Part shown: positions 35,820 through 40,047 of the stretch, one piece after another
Position numbering within the stretch: the stretch's first letter is position 1
Layout of the letters: each line of letters begins with the position of its first letter
IMG/VR virus record: IMGVR_UViG_3300032334_000177
Location: 1-40,047 of that record
Direction: 5' to 3' (one strand)
Source: a virus
Lineage: Duplodnaviria > Caudoviricetes
DNA: 40,047 nt
Made by a program: the position numbers and the translations under genes
Notes under the pieces: model-generated
The model's input: the letters and a program-made list of their open reading frames with translations, nothing else
Told to the model about the DNA's origin: nothing
Database searches by the model: none

Positions 35820-36317
35820 TTAAACGTTATTGCACCAACCGTACAGGTTGCCGCGAGGATGGATAGTGAAATTGCACTTTGCTTCAGCGCCAGGGGCCGA
35901 ATCAATTTGGAATTGCGAAACACGGCCAACAAAAGAGTAGTACACAATGTTTGTGCCATCGGTAGCTGCAATCACAAAAGTACGATCCACCGTACCGTTG
36001 TAAGCATCGGTGCGGAGCAAAGTATTGATAACCGCATCGCTAGGATTCCAAGCGGCGGTAATCGTCATAGATGTTGGGGCAGATTGGCTAGGAATCTTGT
36101 CCGATTGACGCGAACCGGCTACGGTGAACGATGCAACCGCATCATCTTGTCCGAAAGCAGGAACTGCCTCAATATTCATCAAATTGCCAGTTACCGCAAT
36201 AGCCGCCACATTTGATAGCGTAGACAATTGAGCAAGCGTCAATACAGTAGGAGTAGTGGCGGGTTGTGCGTACATTGTGGCGCTAAAGCCAGGTAGTACC
36301 TTATTGGGTAAAGCCAT
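35820..36317 (-). CDS. Tail tube (major tail) protein paralogue 1
   Basis: Follows the tail terminator; beta-rich, F.GRVSQF.I pattern. Confidence 0.75.
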   Translation of the reverse strand: MALPNKVLPGFSATMYAQPATTPTVLTLAQLSTLSNVAAIAVTGNLMNIEAVPAFGQDDAVASFTVAGSRQSDKIPSQSAPTSMTITAAWNPSDAVINTLLRTDAYNGTVDRTFVIAATDGTNIVYYSFVGRVSQFQIDSAPGAEAKCNFTIHPRGNLYGWCNNV

Positions 36318-36348
36318 GATAAATTTCCTTCAAGGTTAAATTAATGTT

Positions 36349-36762
36349 CTATGTTGGAATATCTAGTGTGCAGTCGAGAAATATCTCTGCCAGTTTTTCT
36401 TCATTATTGTATGAGTTATAAAGCCAAACTACGTCTGCTTTACTTATCCAAAAGCCGCTTGATCCACCAAACTGCCCCGAATATCCATGCAACGCTTGAA
36501 GAACTTGATTACTAATTGTAAACCCATCCTCAATATTTTGGGTAAATATTGAAATCTGAAATATGGGCCGATCTATCCCTTTATTGTTTTGATTCTGTCC
36601 AGTAAAAACCGGCTGATGAACATTGCGTAAATTCCAAACCAGAAACTTAGGCTGAGTAGCGTAATTCCGATTAAAAGAGGCGTATACAGGCACAGGCGTG
36701 ACAATGTTAGCCAATTGATATTGGATTGCTTTTGCATAGTCAACTGGATTGTTTTGTGCCAT
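36349..36762 (-). CDS. Tail terminator/completion protein
   Basis: Position; FQISIF...V..ALHGYSG pattern. Confidence 0.7.
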   Translation of the reverse strand: MAQNNPVDYAKAIQYQLANIVTPVPVYASFNRNYATQPKFLVWNLRNVHQPVFTGQNQNNKGIDRPIFQISIFTQNIEDGFTISNQVLQALHGYSGQFGGSSGFWISKADVVWLYNSYNNEEKLAEIFLDCTLDIPT

Positions 36763-37106
36763 TACACCGCCGCCACAGGATCATTACGAACGCAAATAAT
36801 CTTTACAGTCATCCGATCATCAGCTTCGCGCACGTTATCTATGCGCCAATCAAAATTACGCCAATTGATTGAATACAGATTTTGGTTATCAATCATTTCT
36901 TTTGTGTTTGGCGTATAGTTCAGCGTAAAGTCCACTACATCGGAATAAACGCGATACTTTTCGCTTATTTTTACATGGTTAGCCACCGAATGCACACGCG
37001 CACGGGTTTGGAACCATTGGGTAACAGTCGTACTTTGCTCACCAAAGGTACTTACACCAAAGGTGAGTCGATTTACCGTAATGTTTTCAAACCGTGCGAT
37101 TGCCAT
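36762..37106 (-). CDS. Head closure (head-tail joining) protein
   Basis: Position; FGE......W...RA.V and I.W....WRI..V patterns. Confidence 0.75.
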   Translation of the reverse strand: MAIARFENITVNRLTFGVSTFGEQSTTVTQWFQTRARVHSVANHVKISEKYRVYSDVVDFTLNYTPNTKEMIDNQNLYSINWRNFDWRIDNVREADDRMTVKIICVRNDPVAAV

Positions 37107-37778
37107 TTACATCACCAATGGTTTGTAATTTCGCAGTAAGGTAGCAACGCCAAATGGGATTTCTCGAATTGGTGTATCTACAGTATTGCTACGGTTGTTG
37201 TACAAGTGAGTAAGCAGTAACAGTCCAGCTTGTTTAATTACCGGATAAGCCGAAATCGGGTTAGCCACGGTGGAATATTCAATCACAATTGGAGCCGTCA
37301 TTACCGAATTGATTGATGTCGGCAGACTATTCACAATCACTTTGTTGCCCGAAGCATCATAGTAATAATTGGAACTGGCAATCGTCACCAACTCAGGCGG
37401 GAAATTGTCGTTCCAGTATTTTAGCGAATTAACCGTAATACCAGCCTGTCCGCTATTGATGTTTTGGCTTACCTCGGGCAAGTCAAAGCAAATAGGCGAG
37501 GAAACTAGACTTTCAATGCCATACCAAACTCGATACGTCAGGCTGAAGATTGATAACCCTAAGTAATCTTCAATTGCTTGGCGGGTAGCCAATTCCAACC
37601 CCTGCAAATAGCTATCTTGGCTTTCATCGCCGAACAGGTTCAACTGCTGGGTGATTTCTTCCAGCGTCAACCATGCCGTCAAATTGTCGCGGTTGATTTG
37701 CTCAACCTTGACGTAATTAAACGGGTTGCGTGTGACTGCCCCGTAGGGCACTCCAGCCATGACGGTATCTGCTGGCAT
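37107..37778 (-). CDS. Head-tail connector (gp6-like)
   Basis: LTLEEI..QL, IKQA.LLL..HLY.NR and IPFGV..LL..Y. Confidence 0.85.
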   Translation of the reverse strand: MPADTVMAGVPYGAVTRNPFNYVKVEQINRDNLTAWLTLEEITQQLNLFGDESQDSYLQGLELATRQAIEDYLGLSIFSLTYRVWYGIESLVSSPICFDLPEVSQNINSGQAGITVNSLKYWNDNFPPELVTIASSNYYYDASGNKVIVNSLPTSINSVMTAPIVIEYSTVANPISAYPVIKQAGLLLLTHLYNNRSNTVDTPIREIPFGVATLLRNYKPLVM

Positions 37779-37779
37779 A

Positions 37780-38808
37780 TTAAACGCCCACTAAACGAAT
37801 ACCAGCAAATGGATCACGAACGGTACTAGCAAGACGTTTTTCCGCATACAGATTTATGAAACCAGGCGTTGTCTGATCGAATGCTTGCACCGTCATTTCT
37901 TCAATGTCAGCAATCGTTACAAAGTTGGGCCAGTTAGCCAGATAGATGCTGAAGTTTCCAGCGCCCACCAGTTGCATATAGGGATTAGGGATCACAGGGA
38001 AACCAAATATATAAGTTACTGCGCCACCATCGCCATCACCAACTTCAGGGAATTGCTTAATTGCAGCGCCGCCCAAGTTGCGTAGATTGTGGATTGTCTG
38101 CGGGTGCATCATCCATGCAGTACCAGGCAACGTCCAATATTGGGCAGGGAACAACCGAGCCATATCAGTGATGTCACCATACACAATAGCCGCACCCGCT
38201 TGGCTTACGGTTGCAATGCTATGGATACCATTAGTGATTGCCGTGCCGCTAGAGCCAAATGCTGACGCGCTGGCAGTCGTGTACATATTCAGCCCACGCA
38301 AACCGCTTGTAGCGCCGTATGCGGTAGTTGTAGAGCCAGCCTGATCGTTGTTAAGAATCATAGATGCTGCTTCAACAGCGCCAAACTCTTGCATCAAATC
38401 TTGAACAAGGGTTTCATCTAAATAATTTACATCTGTAAGCACCGCAGTACGAATAGGCAGTTGTGCAGTAATCACGCGAGTGGGCAATTGCCAAATAGAT
38501 GTGTCGGTATCGGGCGTTCCGCTATCGGCGGTAAACGTGTAGCCCCAAGGGTTTGTTTGATTTGTGCTGTTACCAACTTTGGCAACAAACTGCACAGAAC
38601 TTTGTCCAGCACGAAAAACTTGTCGCGCTGCTTGTCGAATCGGGTTTGCAAAACGCAACGCTGCGAATGCATCATCAAATAAAGTGCGTCCACCCTTGTT
38701 ATCACCAGAACCTGTAAGGCTTGATGCTTCTTTCAAGTCAATGGTTACTTTGCCACCCTCATTGATAGTTTGCTTAATGCCCGTAAGGATTTTTTCGGTA
38801 ATAGTCAT
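37780..38808 (-). CDS. Second HK97-fold capsid protein paralogue (342 aa, no scaffold domain)
   Basis: Collinear with the MCP (EAS.LTG.G..KGGRT, IWQL, PIRTA, NNDQ, GLRGL, EKRLA..VRDP.AG.R); W.MHP and IFGFPVI.N.YM capsid motifs. Confidence 0.88.
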   Translation of the reverse strand: MTITEKILTGIKQTINEGGKVTIDLKEASSLTGSGDNKGGRTLFDDAFAALRFANPIRQAARQVFRAGQSSVQFVAKVGNSTNQTNPWGYTFTADSGTPDTDTSIWQLPTRVITAQLPIRTAVLTDVNYLDETLVQDLMQEFGAVEAASMILNNDQAGSTTTAYGATSGLRGLNMYTTASASAFGSSGTAITNGIHSIATVSQAGAAIVYGDITDMARLFPAQYWTLPGTAWMMHPQTIHNLRNLGGAAIKQFPEVGDGDGGAVTYIFGFPVIPNPYMQLVGAGNFSIYLANWPNFVTIADIEEMTVQAFDQTTPGFINLYAEKRLASTVRDPFAGIRLVGV

Positions 38809-38828
38809 GGTGATACTTTCGGATTGAG

Positions 38829-38855
38829 AAAAAGGCGGGGGCCGCAGCCCCCACC
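38829..38855 (-). terminator. Intrinsic terminator between the two capsid genes
   Basis: GGTGGGGGC-TGCG-GCCCCCGCC followed by TTTTT. Confidence 0.8.
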
Positions 38856-38865
38856 AAGGCAACAA

Positions 38866-40047
38866 TTAGGTTGCTGTTCCGGTAGAACGATAGCGCACAC
38901 CAGCGTTCGGATCACGAACCGATGTAGCCAAACGCTTCTCGCCAAAGAACGTGATGTAGCCTGGCAACGTTTGATCGTAGCGGCGCATAACCATGTTCAG
39001 ACGATCCACGGTTGTGTGGAAGCGGCTCCAGTCAGCAAAGTACATTGGGTACAAGCTGTTAGTACCGGCAGAACCAGTAGTAGTCTGGCTAGGAGTGTCC
39101 AGATACTTGTTCATCACAACGTCAAAGCCCAACATCTGGCCGATGATGCCATCAGGATTCAGAGATTCAACAGAGTTGAAAATCGGACGTCCATTGGTAT
39201 CTTGCAAGCCACGGATTGCCTGTGCCAGCACGGGGTTAACCATAAACTTGGCATTGGTAGTCCAGTATTGCTGTGGCAAAGCGTAGATCAAGTTGATAAC
39301 GTCTTTGTAGGCAATTGCGTTTGCACCAACCGTATTAGCGTTAGAAGTCAACTGATCGTAAGTTGCCAAGCTATGCAAGCCGGAAGTAGAACCAGTACCG
39401 CTAGTACCAAATGCAGGGGTAGAAGTTGTACCGCCAGCATAGGTGCTATTAGAACCAGCATACTGATCCAAACCACGCAAACCATTAGAACCACCGTAGG
39501 GCAACGATGTTGCGCCTTGATCGTTATTTTGGATCATGGAAAGGGCTTCTGCTTGAGCAAACTCAACCAGCATATCGTCAACCACATTGGCTTCCAAACC
39601 ATCAATGTCGTCCAAAGCCGCAGTACGGATAGGGAACTGAACATTCAAGTCTTGCAGAACCAATTGCCAAATGGTGGTGTCTTCAGTAGTGGCAGAGCCA
39701 TTGTTCTGAATACCATATCCCCAAGCAGCGCCAGCGTTGCCTACTTTTACGCGAAACTGATAAGAAGAACCATCAGTAGCAACGGTGCGAGTCAGGCCAC
39801 GCAAGGGATTAGCCAAACGCAGAGCAACAAACGTAGGATCATAAGCAGTACGGCCACCTTTGCCATCGCCGCCGCCGGTAAGGGCCGAGGCTTCGCGCAG
39901 ATACGCATCGTATTGGCTTTCATCAGCAAACATTTTCAGTTCTTTTTCTACACGGTTGTTACCTTTGTAGAACTGAGTCAGTTGTTCGCGCACATTACGG
40001 TTGACATCACCACGAATGGTTTTGGCCGGTGCTTGGATGATTGCGGG
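38866..40047 (-). CDS. Major capsid protein (HK97 fold), C-terminal part; begins at 285 across the junction
   Basis: F.VNP......IR.LQD.NGRPI, MLGFDVV.N.Y and FADW motifs. Confidence 0.92.
   Translation of the reverse strand, partial: PAIIQAPAKTIRGDVNRNVREQLTQFYKGNNRVEKELKMFADESQYDAYLREASALTGGGDGKGGRTAYDPTFVALRLANPLRGLTRTVATDGSSYQFRVKVGNAGAAWGYGIQNNGSATTEDTTIWQLVLQDLNVQFPIRTAALDDIDGLEANVVDDMLVEFAQAEALSMIQNNDQGATSLPYGGSNGLRGLDQYAGSNSTYAGGTTSTPAFGTSGTGSTSGLHSLATYDQLTSNANTVGANAIAYKDVINLIYALPQQYWTTNAKFMVNPVLAQAIRGLQDTNGRPIFNSVESLNPDGIIGQMLGFDVVMNKYLDTPSQTTTGSAGTNSLYPMYFADWSRFHTTVDRLNMVMRRYDQTLPGYITFFGEKRLATSVRDPNAGVRYRSTGTAT
39925..40047. repeat. Terminal direct repeat, identical to 1-123
   Basis: Exact match to window start (agcaaacatt...gattgcggg). 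Confidence 0.95.

Noticed and set aside
38809-38868. Stop-codon readthrough fusing the two capsid genes (same frame, no intervening stop)
   Set aside because: The stop is TAA, the spacer is a terminator, and a 19-codon open in-frame gap is plausible by chance.
1-40047. Stop-codon reassignment or prophage state
   Set aside because: Genes are intact under the standard code and all three stops are used; no host genes or integrase are seen.

Overview
This window is an apparently complete, circularly assembled ~39.9 kb genome of a tailed dsDNA phage (siphovirus; HK97-type head, lambda-like tail). Bases 1-123 are identical to 39925-40047, and the junction falls inside the major capsid gene. The late module on the minus strand runs HNH, TerS, TerL, portal, prohead protease, two capsid paralogues, head-tail proteins, two tail-tube paralogues, frameshifting tail chaperone, tape measure, tail tip, fibres and lysis genes. 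A divergent early switch at ~11.55-11.65 kb drives a leftward operon and a rightward operon. Leftward: Cro-like HTH, structured RNAs, tRNA-CAT, YdaU-type initiator, C5 methyltransferase, nucleases, NinB, ferritin-like protein. Rightward: ERF, YqaJ exonuclease, MazG-like, small ORFs, acidic protein. I see no integrase or CI repressor. Most notable: (1) a second, scaffold-less capsid paralogue behind a terminator, plus a duplicated tail tube; (2) a C5 methyltransferase apparently split over two fully overlapping reading frames; (3) a ~2 kb island beside the probable cos end, with skewed oligonucleotide usage, a Cys-rich GP88-like gene and a G-rich repeat tract; (4) a cluster of structured non-coding RNAs upstream of the replication gene. 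All product calls come from motif recognition by eye; no database searches were run.
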